DNA of 61,390 bases, from the IMG/VR virus record IMGVR_UViG_3300028608_000016, positions 1-61,390 of that record; one strand, written 5' to 3'. Both the position numbers and the translations under genes were made by a program. The notes beneath the pieces were generated by a model. The model was not told where the DNA came from, made no database searches, and saw only the letters and a list, made by a program, of their open reading frames with translations. This DNA comes from a virus (Duplodnaviria; Caudoviricetes). Position 1 is the stretch's first letter. The number at the start of each line of letters is the position of its first letter. Shown here one piece after another: positions 8,386-18,754 of the stretch.

Positions 8386-9735
8386 TTACGCTCCGACGAC
8401 GGTGATGTTGATTTCTTGCACTGCGGGTTGTTGCTGATCTTCTACTTGGCAAACTTGGATAATTGCAACTTCGGTATTGCTGATCCGGTGCAACATTGGC
8501 GAAAAGTAGGTGTAGCATACACGCGTTGGGAGCGGTAGCGGTGCTGCGTCACCCAAAATAATTGTGCCGGTGTCCTCATTGTATTTACCAACGTATACTT
8601 TGCAGTCACGTTGGTTTCCGGCTGTCACGGTCCATTGATAGCTGAGAGTAGAATCGTCGGTTGCACTGGCGCCAACTCGGGCGATTGCAAAAAAGTATTC
8701 GCTGTCCAACCAGATTGCGTCAAGGAACATGATTGAAGAAGTATCACGCCACGGGGTTTCGGCCGATGCCGTCATACCGCCTGCGTTTACGGCAGTTTGT
8801 TTGCCAAGCAAAGTCAGTTTTGTAAAAGTGTTTCTACCAGTCGGCATGGGGCCATTGCCATCGGGGGTAGTACAACCGAGTGACAAAAGAGTGTTTTGCG
8901 AAATCGGCAAAATCTCTCGGGCTTTTTGATATCCGTAACGGTCGTGCGCGCCGGGCATTCCTTGGTTTACCAGATTGCTATCACCCGCCGTAAACTGCAC
9001 AACGCCTTGATCGTCAAAAGACGTAAAGGCGTACCCGTATGGGTCGTAACCTTGGCTGCCTATTGAGTAGCGCGGCCCTTCCATCGCACGCATGCCCATT
9101 ACTTTTCCGTTTCGATCTTTTCGGAACATCGAATTGGAAAGGTTTGACCAACCTTTTGGGTTTACACTGGAATCAGAGTTGGCGCGGGTTGCGGCAGGAC
9201 CAGCATCAATAGTGGTGAATGTAAAACCAGTTGCACCAACATCCACCAATTGATATTGGTTGTTGTAACCCGTCGCCGGTGCGGTAGGAAGGTGCGAAGA
9301 AATTGCACGCGTTCCGGAAAGCAATGCAACAGCCGGACATTGATAAGGTAGATTGCCAAGTGGGGTTGCACTTGCTACCGACTTAAACGCAAACGAAACG
9401 CGGTCGGAACCATCAACATCGAAAACGTAATACGAAAACGTATTCGACGATTCCAGCAGTGCAGCCAGAATACGCCCATCACCCAAAACACAAAGCGACG
9501 GCATCATCAGGCTGTTATGCGGAATGTTGTAAACAGCAGAAGCCGGGCCGTAGGTTGGCGCGTTTTTGCCATTGAAATAAACCGGCTGAATGAAAAGTTT
9601 GCGAGTGCCTGTAGTGCCGGGGCCGGTCCAACCCGTGTACATGAGGAAAGCTTTAGATGGCGAAACGCTACACCATGCAAAACTGCGAGCGTCAGCAACA
9701 ATGGGACCGGTAAACGGAACGGTAGTAAAAGCCAT
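8386..9735 (-). CDS. Putative virion protein, beta-propeller-like
   Basis: 449 aa, beta-rich with recurring blade-like motifs (VSPSKAFL, LGDGRILA, LSGTRAI, ISQNTLL, LDSEYFF, ISNTEVA). Confidence 0.55.
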   Translation of the reverse strand: MAFTTVPFTGPIVADARSFAWCSVSPSKAFLMYTGWTGPGTTGTRKLFIQPVYFNGKNAPTYGPASAVYNIPHNSLMMPSLCVLGDGRILAALLESSNTFSYYVFDVDGSDRVSFAFKSVASATPLGNLPYQCPAVALLSGTRAISSHLPTAPATGYNNQYQLVDVGATGFTFTTIDAGPAATRANSDSSVNPKGWSNLSNSMFRKDRNGKVMGMRAMEGPRYSIGSQGYDPYGYAFTSFDDQGVVQFTAGDSNLVNQGMPGAHDRYGYQKAREILPISQNTLLSLGCTTPDGNGPMPTGRNTFTKLTLLGKQTAVNAGGMTASAETPWRDTSSIMFLDAIWLDSEYFFAIARVGASATDDSTLSYQWTVTAGNQRDCKVYVGKYNEDTGTIILGDAAPLPLPTRVCYTYFSPMLHRISNTEVAIIQVCQVEDQQQPAVQEINITVVGA

Positions 9736-9747
9736 TTGGGGAATTCC

Positions 9748-10932
9748 TTAAACTTGTTCGATGTATTCGCTGACCGAAAGCGCAGAGCGTTTAGTTTCCA
9801 ACGTGCGCGCCGACATAATTGCAGAAGTTGAACCGTACTGGTATTCGGTCGGGGCCGTTACCACATTACGTTTTGCTCCAAGGTCTTGCGTACCCATTAG
9901 CGGATTATCCGCACGCGCCAAGTATTGCGATAGTGTGAGCGGGTAACGAACAGGGTTCAACGTGGTGGCAGTGAGCAATGCTGCCGTACTACCGTTAAAT
10001 TCTGAATCGCTGAGGAAAAGCTGTTTTACTTCGGTTGTCAGAATCGCGGTTGTGATATCAACAGAACCGGTCGATCCGTCAATTGGGAATTTCTTGTCGT
10101 TGATCGTGACAAAGAAAAACTTTTTGAGGAAAGCGACAGGACCGCTCAAGGTCAGTTTGCCGTCACCTTGCACCAAAGCTAGTTGGATGCCTGTGTGCGT
10201 TTTCAGACCCGCAGCAACTGCAATACGGCGGGGTTGCTTAACCGGATGAATATCAGATTGCGGAATATCCTGTTTCGTCGCATCCGCTTTTTTCACTGCC
10301 GAATATTTATCGGCCAAGCGCACGACAACGTATTTGCCGCAATCATACGCTTCGCTAATCGGTGCAGCGAAATCGTATGTGGCAGTAGGTCCAATGACTT
10401 TGCCGTTTTCCAACACAGCCCAGCCGTCGAAATAACCGAGGACCAGTGCAGGCGCAGCAACCAGAGAACCCGGTGTGCCATAGCGCGTGGCGTCAGCGAT
10501 TCGCAAATTCGAACCATTGAGCCAAAGAAACTTGCGACCAAACAGCGGGTCGAGTTTTTGCGTAGTGACGTTGGAACCCGTCACTTTGTAAACGGTGCCG
10601 TCAATGAAACGCTGCGCAGTCAAAGCGCAATCGCCATTGTCATTTACCGTGAGCACGTCGGTGTAATCAGGCAACGTAGTTTGCGTTTGTGTTTGCGTGC
10701 CAAGGAAATAACGTGTGAGAAGCAAACCACTTACGAACGCAATCCACTGGCCCGACGGAGAAATGGCGGCTGCACTAGCGGCAATGGGAAAACGCAAAGT
10801 GCGGTGCAGCCGTTGGTTAATCAATTGCAGCAAATCGACTGTGGATTCGCGGACAAGCAAAAGGCGCGTGCCCTTCGCGTTCTGCAACATACTGTCGAAG
10901 ACGCTGTGCGTTGAGTGTCTTACAAATTCCAT
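9748..10932 (-). CDS. Putative virion protein, N-terminal beta-propeller-like
   Basis: 394 aa; WD40-like AISPSGQWIAF; within the structural cluster. Confidence 0.55.
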   Translation of the reverse strand: MEFVRHSTHSVFDSMLQNAKGTRLLLVRESTVDLLQLINQRLHRTLRFPIAASAAAISPSGQWIAFVSGLLLTRYFLGTQTQTQTTLPDYTDVLTVNDNGDCALTAQRFIDGTVYKVTGSNVTTQKLDPLFGRKFLWLNGSNLRIADATRYGTPGSLVAAPALVLGYFDGWAVLENGKVIGPTATYDFAAPISEAYDCGKYVVVRLADKYSAVKKADATKQDIPQSDIHPVKQPRRIAVAAGLKTHTGIQLALVQGDGKLTLSGPVAFLKKFFFVTINDKKFPIDGSTGSVDITTAILTTEVKQLFLSDSEFNGSTAALLTATTLNPVRYPLTLSQYLARADNPLMGTQDLGAKRNVVTAPTEYQYGSTSAIMSARTLETKRSALSVSEYIEQV

Positions 10933-10977
10933 ACACAGTCCCGAAAGTGTTGGGGCGCCAGAGACGCCCCGTTTGGT

Positions 10978-13900
10978 TTAAGATTTGCGAATCGAGAGCG
11001 AGCGCAATTCCATGTTGGCGAACCAACTCACGCTTCTGTTTGTGCCACCGAAACGACGACCGATATACATAACGTCGGAATACTCGTACACCAGATCAGC
11101 AGGCATTGCAGCTTCGCCAATCTTCCGTCCGTTAATATACAAATACACAGTTCCAGATTCGCGTACAATGCTAACGCTATATGGAGTGTTCGCTGCCAAA
11201 GTGACAGGAATGCTTGTGTATTTATTTGCGGTTGTGCTGATGCCGCCAATAACCATGTTGCCGGAAGTCCAGTTGTACCAGAGGTCAAGGTTGACTTTCT
11301 GACCAGTGGTCGCCCATGTACCCCAAAATATCAACGGGGTCAAAGCAGTGCCAGCAACGGCGGGCGCAGAGAACACAGTAAAGTCAAAGTCAATTTTGAA
11401 GTTACCCGTTCCCAGTGCGGCAGTTGGGTCATCTGGAATCGTCAGGAAGCTACTACCATTAAACGTGAGTTTGTTTTCCGCAACTGTAACGCCAGTGTTT
11501 ACCGTACCGGCGGGCAGAGTCGTCCCACTAATCACATTCAACTTTGGTGCTTCGGACGGAACCAGTTCAAACACAGGCCACCACGCTTCGCTCAAGTTTG
11601 CAGCGCCGGTTGCGTTTATGTAATCCGTTGTCAATCCGAGGAACGCTGGATGATTTCGAACTACGCGGCAATTCGGTTGCCAGCCGGTGTGTTCTTCCTG
11701 ACACCAAACACCATACGACATACTGCCATTTGCACGACCGAAATCTGCCTCGGTAAACTTTTCCCAATACGTTGCAGTTGGGTCGGATGCCCAAACGCGC
11801 TGCATGAGTTGAGTCCATTCCGAGTTTTGTGTTCCGACCGGGTTGTTGACGAAATACTGCGCGGTCGGGCACGGATCAGCGTCGGCACCTTGGAACAATC
11901 GAACTTTAAACTTCTGCGTACCGATAGAGACAATTTTGTTTTGGTTGACGTTTGGTGTTGCAGGTTTTCGACCAACGCCGTCGATGCCGTAAACAGCGCC
12001 GCATGCGTAAATCTGTTCCCACGTCAAATTGTGGCGCAAAGGCTTTTTCGGAACAAACAGAATCTTGCCTTGATACGCAAACTTCAACCAATCCGTACCG
12101 GCATTTAGTGCAGTACCCGCAGTGAGTCCGATCAGCGCCGCAGGGTCTGCGCCTTTCAACATATCCGCACTGGACACCGTGCCGTAATAACCGAGTTGCG
12201 AAGTGCCAGCCTTCAATACAGACGGGCCGGGAACTCCGTTATTCGGAAGTTTCGAGAACGTTGCTTGTGCGCGAATCGCACCGTTGTACAATGCAAGTTT
12301 TGCAATTCGGATATTGCGATGTTGCGTGTTGCCCACGCCGACCGGACTATCCCAGTCGCTGCGCAAAAGCGTGGTCACATTGTTTAGCGGAAGTGCAAAC
12401 GTGCCACCGCCAACTTTTACCGAGTCGATGTAAATGGAAATGACGCCATTAACACGTTCGATCACAATGTGTGAATCGGTGGCGCCTTTTACTCCGACCG
12501 TGGTTTGGATTTTGTTGATTACGCCGGTCGAACTCATGCACCAGAAGTTTAGCAGCCCGGACGTTCCAGTCATCCGGAGAATCCAACTATTGTTTGCTTG
12601 CGCTTCGCCGCTTGTCCACTGCCCGAGAATGCCCGCGTTACCGGAAGCAATCGCCATCGGCCTAAACGTCACTTCAATTGTGAAATCACCTTCGCCGAAA
12701 TACGGACACTGTGCAGTGAATTTCGAAGAACCGGCAGGCGTCAGGAGTCTTCCATAGTTTACCGTTGTAGTCCCCAACGTGATTGCAGCGCCAGTAACTT
12801 CGTTAACCGCAACGTTTTTGCGCATGCACGCTTGGAACACAATTGTCGGAAGAACTTCTGCTTTGTATTCCGGAATCACAACAGCAGGCAAACTGGTAGG
12901 CGGTGTAAACGATGCAGAGTACGCAGATTTACCACGCATGATCCGCATGTTCCAACGCTTACCGATTGCGCCACGACGAACAGAAAGCAATTCAGTCGTT
13001 TTAAACGGCGCGGTGGCGTGAGCGACGGAGAATGCGACTTGCCCGTTTAGGTAAATGGTCAGCACGCCAGCAACACGACAAACGGCGAAGTGATTGTCGG
13101 TGTTTAGTGCGATTTGCATAGCAGGGTTGCCGTAGATGAAACCAGACCCTGCGCCGTTTGGTGTAAGTAGAAAGAGAACCGACAAATCCCCACCACTAAC
13201 CACAAGGTTAAAGGCGCGGTCAGAGTCAGTGCTGCCCATTGTGTCCATAGCCAAAATCGAACCGCCAAGCGGATCAACACGGCTAAAGTTTGCCCAACCT
13301 TCGATGCTGAAATCTTCGTCCGCGTTCAAATACAACGGCGGAGCATTATTCATCGGAGCATTGGTCGTGTCCGTATTGACCAATTTCTGGTCAGTGATTG
13401 TTGCACTGGTCAGCAAAAGGTTTGAACCGGAAACGTCTTCGAACGCCAGACCGTCGGCAAACGTAAACTGCGCCCACGTATCAATGTAATTGTTTAGTTC
13501 TGGTTCCGGATCAGTAACGCCGAGGTATTCCAAAACCGGACGCCAAACAGCAGTGTACCCGCCGCCGCTTCCTGCCGTACCAATCGAAGCTGCCAAACCA
13601 GTTGCGGTAAGAAAACCGCGCTCCACCCGATACCCTACGCCATACGGATGCGATTCTTGACACCACGACAAATCGCCGCCGACGCCGAGTTCGGTTCCGG
13701 TAAAGCGTTCCCAAAACGTTTTGGTCGGATCAACATCAGAAACCCGATGGAGTAAACGCGACCATTCCGAATTGTAAGAAGTGATTGGGTCTTGCACGTT
13801 GTACGTGTTGAAAGCCGGGTCACTATTTGCACCGGTCAGCAAACGCACTCGGAACAAATGACCCTTGGCGTTGATTTTCACGTCTTGCGAAACAGGCGAG

Positions 13901-15501
13901 TTTGCAGGCAGAGGACTTGGCCCATTTCCAGCAACACCATACACCAAACCTTTTTGGTAAATTGCTTGCCACGAAATAGCAGAACGCAGCGGTTTTTGTG
14001 GAATGAAAAGAATCTTGCCCGCATCAATAAACTTCATCCACAGCGTGTTATTGTTTATTGGCGTACCATCCGTGAGACTTACACGGTCTGCGAGCGAGCG
14101 GTAGCCCAACAATTCGGCAGTAGTCAAAGTGCCGAAATACCCAAGGCGTTCGGTGCCTGCTTTCAGCGTTTGTGGACCGGGGCCGTTATTTGGGATCACT
14201 GGAATTGGAATCTGGTATTCAGGTTCGCCCGGTTGGATATACGTGGCATCTGCATCACCACGATAAATCGTAAACAGGTCAGAACCCGGTGGCGCAAACG
14301 CCAGATATTCAAACCCTCCGTTCACCATCGGTTCAAATTCAGACGGTGCTGCAATCTGATAACCGAAATGGAAGTTTGGCAGTTTCGAAACCGAGAAAAC
14401 CGTGCCGTCAGGCATTTGGTTAATCAGTTCTTTGTTGTGACGCCACGCACCTGCATGCAATTGCGTTTTGCCGTTTTTGACAGTGCCGCCTGCACCTTGC
14501 CGATATGCTGTTCGAACACGCGGACTATCCGCTTCAACGCCACGCGAAATCGTACCGAGCACAACGGCCAGCGGTTGGATTTCTCCGGGTGCAGATTGCG
14601 AAAGCAAATCGCGAATACCGGCGCCGGTGCCCAGTCGATAACGAGCATCGTAACTGGCGTTGGAATTTGTGGTGTCGCTGATTGCGATAATCGAAGCGTC
14701 ACCGTTGTTTGCTTGGAAACCGGCAGATGCAAACGCGTCGGGCGCCAACGATTTCACACCGAGCGAACTGGTGCGCACATTGTTTTCAGTGCCCGAACCG
14801 TCCATGATTACGACGGAATCCAGTTCAAACAAACCGACGTGAACCGCGTTGGTCGCAGCCGGGTAGTCTGGACTTGGACCTTTCAGGTATCCGCCGTATT
14901 CGAATTCTTGCGTGGTGAAATAATCAGCATCGACTTCCCACACGTTTTGGTTTGCCAGCCACACGCGCAGTTTCTTTTCTTCGCGGTTGATTTCGATATC
15001 AAGGCTGGTCCACTGCGCCGCGTCAATACGGCCGACTTGAGCACTGCCGTTCACATACACTTTGTATATTTGCGTACTGGAGGCAGAGTCGTAATCGTTG
15101 GTGACATAGACTGTCACCGGGCCGAATTTAATCAGCGGAATTCGCGACAACACAGTTGTAAACGTATAAGTCTTGGTCAGCTTGAGTTGCGTGCTGAGCA
15201 TGACAAAACGTTCCCAGTGTCCCGAGAATTTTCGTTTAAACGAAATCGCACCATCAATCGGAGTGAAGCCGAGATAGTTTGTGGTGTTGCCTACCTGATA
15301 GCAAATGCGCAAAGCATTGCCGCTGTTTTGTTTGCCGCCGTTGCTGAGCACACCCGCGTAAACGTAAGAACTGATTGGAGTCGGCGTTTCGTAACCAGCG
15401 AGCGGCAGACCGTTAGCGGCAGCGGCAATCATTGCACCACCAGTTGCCGCCGACGTTTGCGAAACGTAACTGTTGAAACTATCCGCGAAAAGAATTGCCA
15501 C
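10978..15501 (-). CDS. Large multi-lectin virion/fibre protein (three LamG/ConA-like and two CLec/FGE-like domains)
   Basis: LamG motifs DFSIEGW...HFAVCR...IYLNG (three copies). Two copies of GP..LKAGT..LGY.G...W.KF...KILF.P.KPLR...SEW..L...WCQE...W.PV.E. N-terminal MAILFADSF domain shared with the two upstream genes. Confidence 0.8.
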   Translation of the reverse strand: MAILFADSFNSYVSQTSAATGGAMIAAAANGLPLAGYETPTPISSYVYAGVLSNGGKQNSGNALRICYQVGNTTNYLGFTPIDGAISFKRKFSGHWERFVMLSTQLKLTKTYTFTTVLSRIPLIKFGPVTVYVTNDYDSASSTQIYKVYVNGSAQVGRIDAAQWTSLDIEINREEKKLRVWLANQNVWEVDADYFTTQEFEYGGYLKGPSPDYPAATNAVHVGLFELDSVVIMDGSGTENNVRTSSLGVKSLAPDAFASAGFQANNGDASIIAISDTTNSNASYDARYRLGTGAGIRDLLSQSAPGEIQPLAVVLGTISRGVEADSPRVRTAYRQGAGGTVKNGKTQLHAGAWRHNKELINQMPDGTVFSVSKLPNFHFGYQIAAPSEFEPMVNGGFEYLAFAPPGSDLFTIYRGDADATYIQPGEPEYQIPIPVIPNNGPGPQTLKAGTERLGYFGTLTTAELLGYRSLADRVSLTDGTPINNNTLWMKFIDAGKILFIPQKPLRSAISWQAIYQKGLVYGVAGNGPSPLPANSPVSQDVKINAKGHLFRVRLLTGANSDPAFNTYNVQDPITSYNSEWSRLLHRVSDVDPTKTFWERFTGTELGVGGDLSWCQESHPYGVGYRVERGFLTATGLAASIGTAGSGGGYTAVWRPVLEYLGVTDPEPELNNYIDTWAQFTFADGLAFEDVSGSNLLLTSATITDQKLVNTDTTNAPMNNAPPLYLNADEDFSIEGWANFSRVDPLGGSILAMDTMGSTDSDRAFNLVVSGGDLSVLFLLTPNGAGSGFIYGNPAMQIALNTDNHFAVCRVAGVLTIYLNGQVAFSVAHATAPFKTTELLSVRRGAIGKRWNMRIMRGKSAYSASFTPPTSLPAVVIPEYKAEVLPTIVFQACMRKNVAVNEVTGAAITLGTTTVNYGRLLTPAGSSKFTAQCPYFGEGDFTIEVTFRPMAIASGNAGILGQWTSGEAQANNSWILRMTGTSGLLNFWCMSSTGVINKIQTTVGVKGATDSHIVIERVNGVISIYIDSVKVGGGTFALPLNNVTTLLRSDWDSPVGVGNTQHRNIRIAKLALYNGAIRAQATFSKLPNNGVPGPSVLKAGTSQLGYYGTVSSADMLKGADPAALIGLTAGTALNAGTDWLKFAYQGKILFVPKKPLRHNLTWEQIYACGAVYGIDGVGRKPATPNVNQNKIVSIGTQKFKVRLFQGADADPCPTAQYFVNNPVGTQNSEWTQLMQRVWASDPTATYWEKFTEADFGRANGSMSYGVWCQEEHTGWQPNCRVVRNHPAFLGLTTDYINATGAANLSEAWWPVFELVPSEAPKLNVISGTTLPAGTVNTGVTVAENKLTFNGSSFLTIPDDPTAALGTGNFKIDFDFTVFSAPAVAGTALTPLIFWGTWATTGQKVNLDLWYNWTSGNMVIGGISTTANKYTSIPVTLAANTPYSVSIVRESGTVYLYINGRKIGEAAMPADLVYEYSDVMYIGRRFGGTNRSVSWFANMELRSLSIRKS

Positions 15502-15516
15502 GATATGGCTCCCTAA

Positions 15517-16617
15517 TTACGTCGAGGGCTTATCCAAAATCTTTTGGCCGAAAGTCGCGGCCACTACAGCCGTCGGTTTCCAGCGCAGACCGGTGCCGGG
15601 GTCGAGTTCGAAAACAGCTTTTTCGGAAGCGTAAGAAGCTGCTTTCAACGCCATGCGTCCGCCTTCATAAGTTTGTCCGCCACTTTTGATAACGGCAGCG
15701 ACCGACATACTGTCAGGTTCGGTTTGACGCGCAGCAATGTGAACAGCAACTGCAATAACGGCGTTGTCATCCACAACGGTCAGGGCCGCTGCGTTGGAAT
15801 ACAAATCTTGCGTTCCCGGCGTGCCCGAATAAACGTAGCTGGTATCACCATCGTTTGCTTGCTGTCCAACACGCGAGAAGTTTGACGTGCCGGAATCACG
15901 CGCAAATGCAACTTCGGCATCAGCGGTTGGCAAACGAGTTGCAACACTGACTTTCCCGAGACGCACGGTCGCAACGCTGGATGCAGAAGTCGAACCGTCC
16001 ATCAGGTATTTGTCGTCAACGTCCACGATGGCCTGCCCACCAGTACCGTTTGCACGATAGTAGGCTTTGATTTCCCAACGGTCAACTTTGACAGTTTGCT
16101 CGGTCAGAGTTTTTTCGGAAACCATTACGTCGTTTACCCACACGCGATATTTCGAATCGCGCATGTTTACTTCGAGTTCGCAATAGTTCCAGATCGACAT
16201 TTCCGCTTGGAAACTGGTCGGCAAAGTGTCGGCACACAAAACCATATCAATGCCGATACTGATATCATGATCGCCAATACGCGCCAAAACCAATTCGGCT
16301 GTCGGGTTGAGAACCATGCGGAACGCAAAACCGAGAATCACGAAATCCTTCGGAACGTATGGCGTCTGGCCTTTGTACTGTTCGGGCTGGATCGGTTTCG
16401 AAATCTGCACTTGGTTGGCAGCGGTGTCGGTCGAAACCGAGGAAGTCAGACGCGCCCCATACGAACCGGCGTTTTTTCCGTAGGCGGTGCCGAGAAGAAA
16501 ACCGCGTGTGGCGCTGACAGTTGCATAGCCCGCCGATTCAAACGCGGCACGAATTGTAGCGGTGCCAACCGAGCCGTTACCGTAGTGATCGAAACCGTCT
16601 AATTGAAGAATAGCCAT
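15517..16617 (-). CDS. Virion structural protein (MA.L..DGFD.Y paralogue)
   Basis: Starts MAILQLDGFDHYG; aligns with 16628..17677 (DD.Y..DGS, DLYSN, FE.DP.T..RW). Confidence 0.75.
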   Translation of the reverse strand: MAILQLDGFDHYGNGSVGTATIRAAFESAGYATVSATRGFLLGTAYGKNAGSYGARLTSSVSTDTAANQVQISKPIQPEQYKGQTPYVPKDFVILGFAFRMVLNPTAELVLARIGDHDISIGIDMVLCADTLPTSFQAEMSIWNYCELEVNMRDSKYRVWVNDVMVSEKTLTEQTVKVDRWEIKAYYRANGTGGQAIVDVDDKYLMDGSTSASSVATVRLGKVSVATRLPTADAEVAFARDSGTSNFSRVGQQANDGDTSYVYSGTPGTQDLYSNAAALTVVDDNAVIAVAVHIAARQTEPDSMSVAAVIKSGGQTYEGGRMALKAASYASEKAVFELDPGTGLRWKPTAVVAATFGQKILDKPST

Positions 16618-16627
16618 TTACGAAATC

Positions 16628-17677
16628 CTATGTTGTGACCGGGATTTTCAAACGTTGACCCCAGCTTGCGGCACTCACAGCGGCACGCAGCCAGCGGGCG
16701 TTTGTTGCGGGGTCGGTTTCGAATACCTGAAAATTGCCGGTGTAGTTGTACTGGGTTTGGCTGTATGGCAAACCGTCTTTCGCAACAGTGCCAGACTTCA
16801 TGACCGGATAAACTTTTTGATCGTCACCGTCTTCGCGCCGCGAGGAAGTGATTACCGAAACAGCTTTGATCGAAAGCGCCGAAAGCAGTGCAGTCGGGTT
16901 GGAATACAAATCTTGCAGGTCTTTGTTTGCTTTGACGTAACTGGCATCACCGACCGGGCTGATCGACGCGACATACGTGTGGTTTGCGTTGCTGCCGCTA
17001 GAAACAGAAAAACCAGCCTCGACCGTAGCCGTAGGAATTCGCAAAATCGAATTCGTCCGTCCAAGGCGGCTGGTGTTGGTCGTGCCTGATCCGTCAAGCA
17101 TGTAGAAATCGTCAACGTACATCCAACCACTTTGTGCTGCGGTTGTGTTTTTCGCCATCACATGCAGCGAAGTTACAGTCGCCAGAACGCCAGTGCGTGC
17201 AGCAACTTTGGTGTTAGAAATCCAGAATTCGGCACTGCCGTCTTTTGCAATTTGGACTTCTGCGAAATAGTAGACCCCAAGTTCCAGTTTGTATTGCTGG
17301 ACCGCACCAAACATACGCACGGTCAAATCAGGCAAAACGAAAAGTTGGAGTTCTGCGTTTAGTTCAAGGATTTGTGTTTCAGAAGCTGGTGCAGCGTTGA
17401 CCTTGAAAGCGAATCCGAAAACGAGGCGTGTGCTCCATACCGGAACTGCACGTTGAATCCAGATTTGATTTGCAGCGTTGGAAGTGGAAAGAGAAGCGCC
17501 GCAAGATTGTGCTGCACCAGTACGCGCCGCTGCATAACGGGCATACGTGGTTTGGAGCGAAATCGTTTGTGTCGGAATCGAGTAACCGGAAGCAACAAAC
17601 CCGCCAGCCTGAGCCAGCGAGTTTGAAATATTGCCTGTTCCGTAGTGGTCGAGTCCGTCATGAAAAAGAACAGCCAT
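16628..17677 (-). CDS. Virion structural protein (MA.L..DG.D.Y paralogue)
   Basis: Starts MAVLFHDGLDHYG; paralogous to 15517..16617 and to the N-terminus of 10978..15501. Confidence 0.75.
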   Translation of the reverse strand: MAVLFHDGLDHYGTGNISNSLAQAGGFVASGYSIPTQTISLQTTYARYAAARTGAAQSCGASLSTSNAANQIWIQRAVPVWSTRLVFGFAFKVNAAPASETQILELNAELQLFVLPDLTVRMFGAVQQYKLELGVYYFAEVQIAKDGSAEFWISNTKVAARTGVLATVTSLHVMAKNTTAAQSGWMYVDDFYMLDGSGTTNTSRLGRTNSILRIPTATVEAGFSVSSGSNANHTYVASISPVGDASYVKANKDLQDLYSNPTALLSALSIKAVSVITSSRREDGDDQKVYPVMKSGTVAKDGLPYSQTQYNYTGNFQVFETDPATNARWLRAAVSAASWGQRLKIPVTT

Positions 17678-17719
17678 GCGACTTTCCTTTTTAGACGTGG
17701 GCGTCCTTGCCCAATCGGT

Positions 17720-18739
17720 TTACGGAGTGATGCCGCCACCTTGGTTCAGTGCGACAATTCGCATACCGGCGTTGTTTGGTTTGTTTGCGTGCATCGCAAC
17801 GAAACGACGATCCGAAGTTTCACCGTACACACGAAGTGGCAGATAGGTGTTTTCCGCAACAACGTCAGCGGAAGTGTAACCGAGCATATCCAGTTCGTAA
17901 GTGTAAGCGTAACGCGGAGTGTTGAGGCGCGCCGGGAAACTCACAACGTATTGGTTGTTTTCCGAAATCGCAACTTGTTCAACCGCGTTGATGATCGCCG
18001 CGCTGTTGGTGGTGTCGAGGGTTGCGTCATACGATTCCGACGGACGCAAAACATCAGTTTCACGAACGACGATTTTGTTGATTACGCCACCAACGCTGCA
18101 CAGTGCAAACACCGGGCATTTGCCAGCGGTGATAACGGCGCCAGTTTTCCGATCAACCGGACGTTGAACCAGCAACCACGAATGCGGAGTTGCAAGCGTG
18201 TCGGTGGTCAAGTCTTCCCAAATGTCGATAAACACACCACGCGGAGTGATGCACATATAGTACGACATTGGGTAAGAAGCGGAAAGATCAACTGCACCGG
18301 CCATCACGCGGGATTTGCGGTTCAGGAAACCTTGCTTTTGATCGGTCGGCAAAGGCGAACGGTTGATACCGGTGCCTTGTGTGTATTTGCCGCCGACAAC
18401 ACCGAGCGGACCGGCAGTATCGTTACCGGAAACCAACCACGATTGCGTGCCGGTATCAGGAAGCGAAAGTTGCGAACCGACAACCAGCGAGGAAGTGTAC
18501 GCGTCGAAAACTTCCATGCGCAGGCGCCACGGCTGTTTGTTGACGACTTCGGTTTTGTTGAGCGGGTCAACATCACCGGTCGCTTCCAGAGTCACGGCCC
18601 ATTTTTCCGGAACAACCGGATTCGTCCACGGAGTCGGGGCGATAACTTTGAAACCGTTGGCAATCAGGTCAGTCACGATTGCCAAAGAGATTGCGCCAGC
18701 GGTAGTGAAACCGGAACGGCGAGTTACAAAACCTGTCAT
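17720..18739 (-). CDS. Virion structural protein, tandem paralogue B
   Basis: Near-identical C-terminal motif SFPARLNTPRYAYTYELDMLGYTSA shared with 18755..19885. Confidence 0.75.
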   Translation of the reverse strand: MTGFVTRRSGFTTAGAISLAIVTDLIANGFKVIAPTPWTNPVVPEKWAVTLEATGDVDPLNKTEVVNKQPWRLRMEVFDAYTSSLVVGSQLSLPDTGTQSWLVSGNDTAGPLGVVGGKYTQGTGINRSPLPTDQKQGFLNRKSRVMAGAVDLSASYPMSYYMCITPRGVFIDIWEDLTTDTLATPHSWLLVQRPVDRKTGAVITAGKCPVFALCSVGGVINKIVVRETDVLRPSESYDATLDTTNSAAIINAVEQVAISENNQYVVSFPARLNTPRYAYTYELDMLGYTSADVVAENTYLPLRVYGETSDRRFVAMHANKPNNAGMRIVALNQGGGITP

Positions 18740-18754
18740 TTATTTATCCCCGAA

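Noticed and set aside
10952-10970. GGGGCG-N7-CGCCCC hairpin between 10978..15501 and 9748..10932
   Set aside because: There is no adjacent U-tract on the coding strand, so it was not called a terminator; it may be a processing or stability hairpin.
11560-14190. Diversity-generating retroelement
   Set aside because: CLec-like domains are present, but no reverse transcriptase and no near-identical TR/VR pair differing at adenines were seen in the window.
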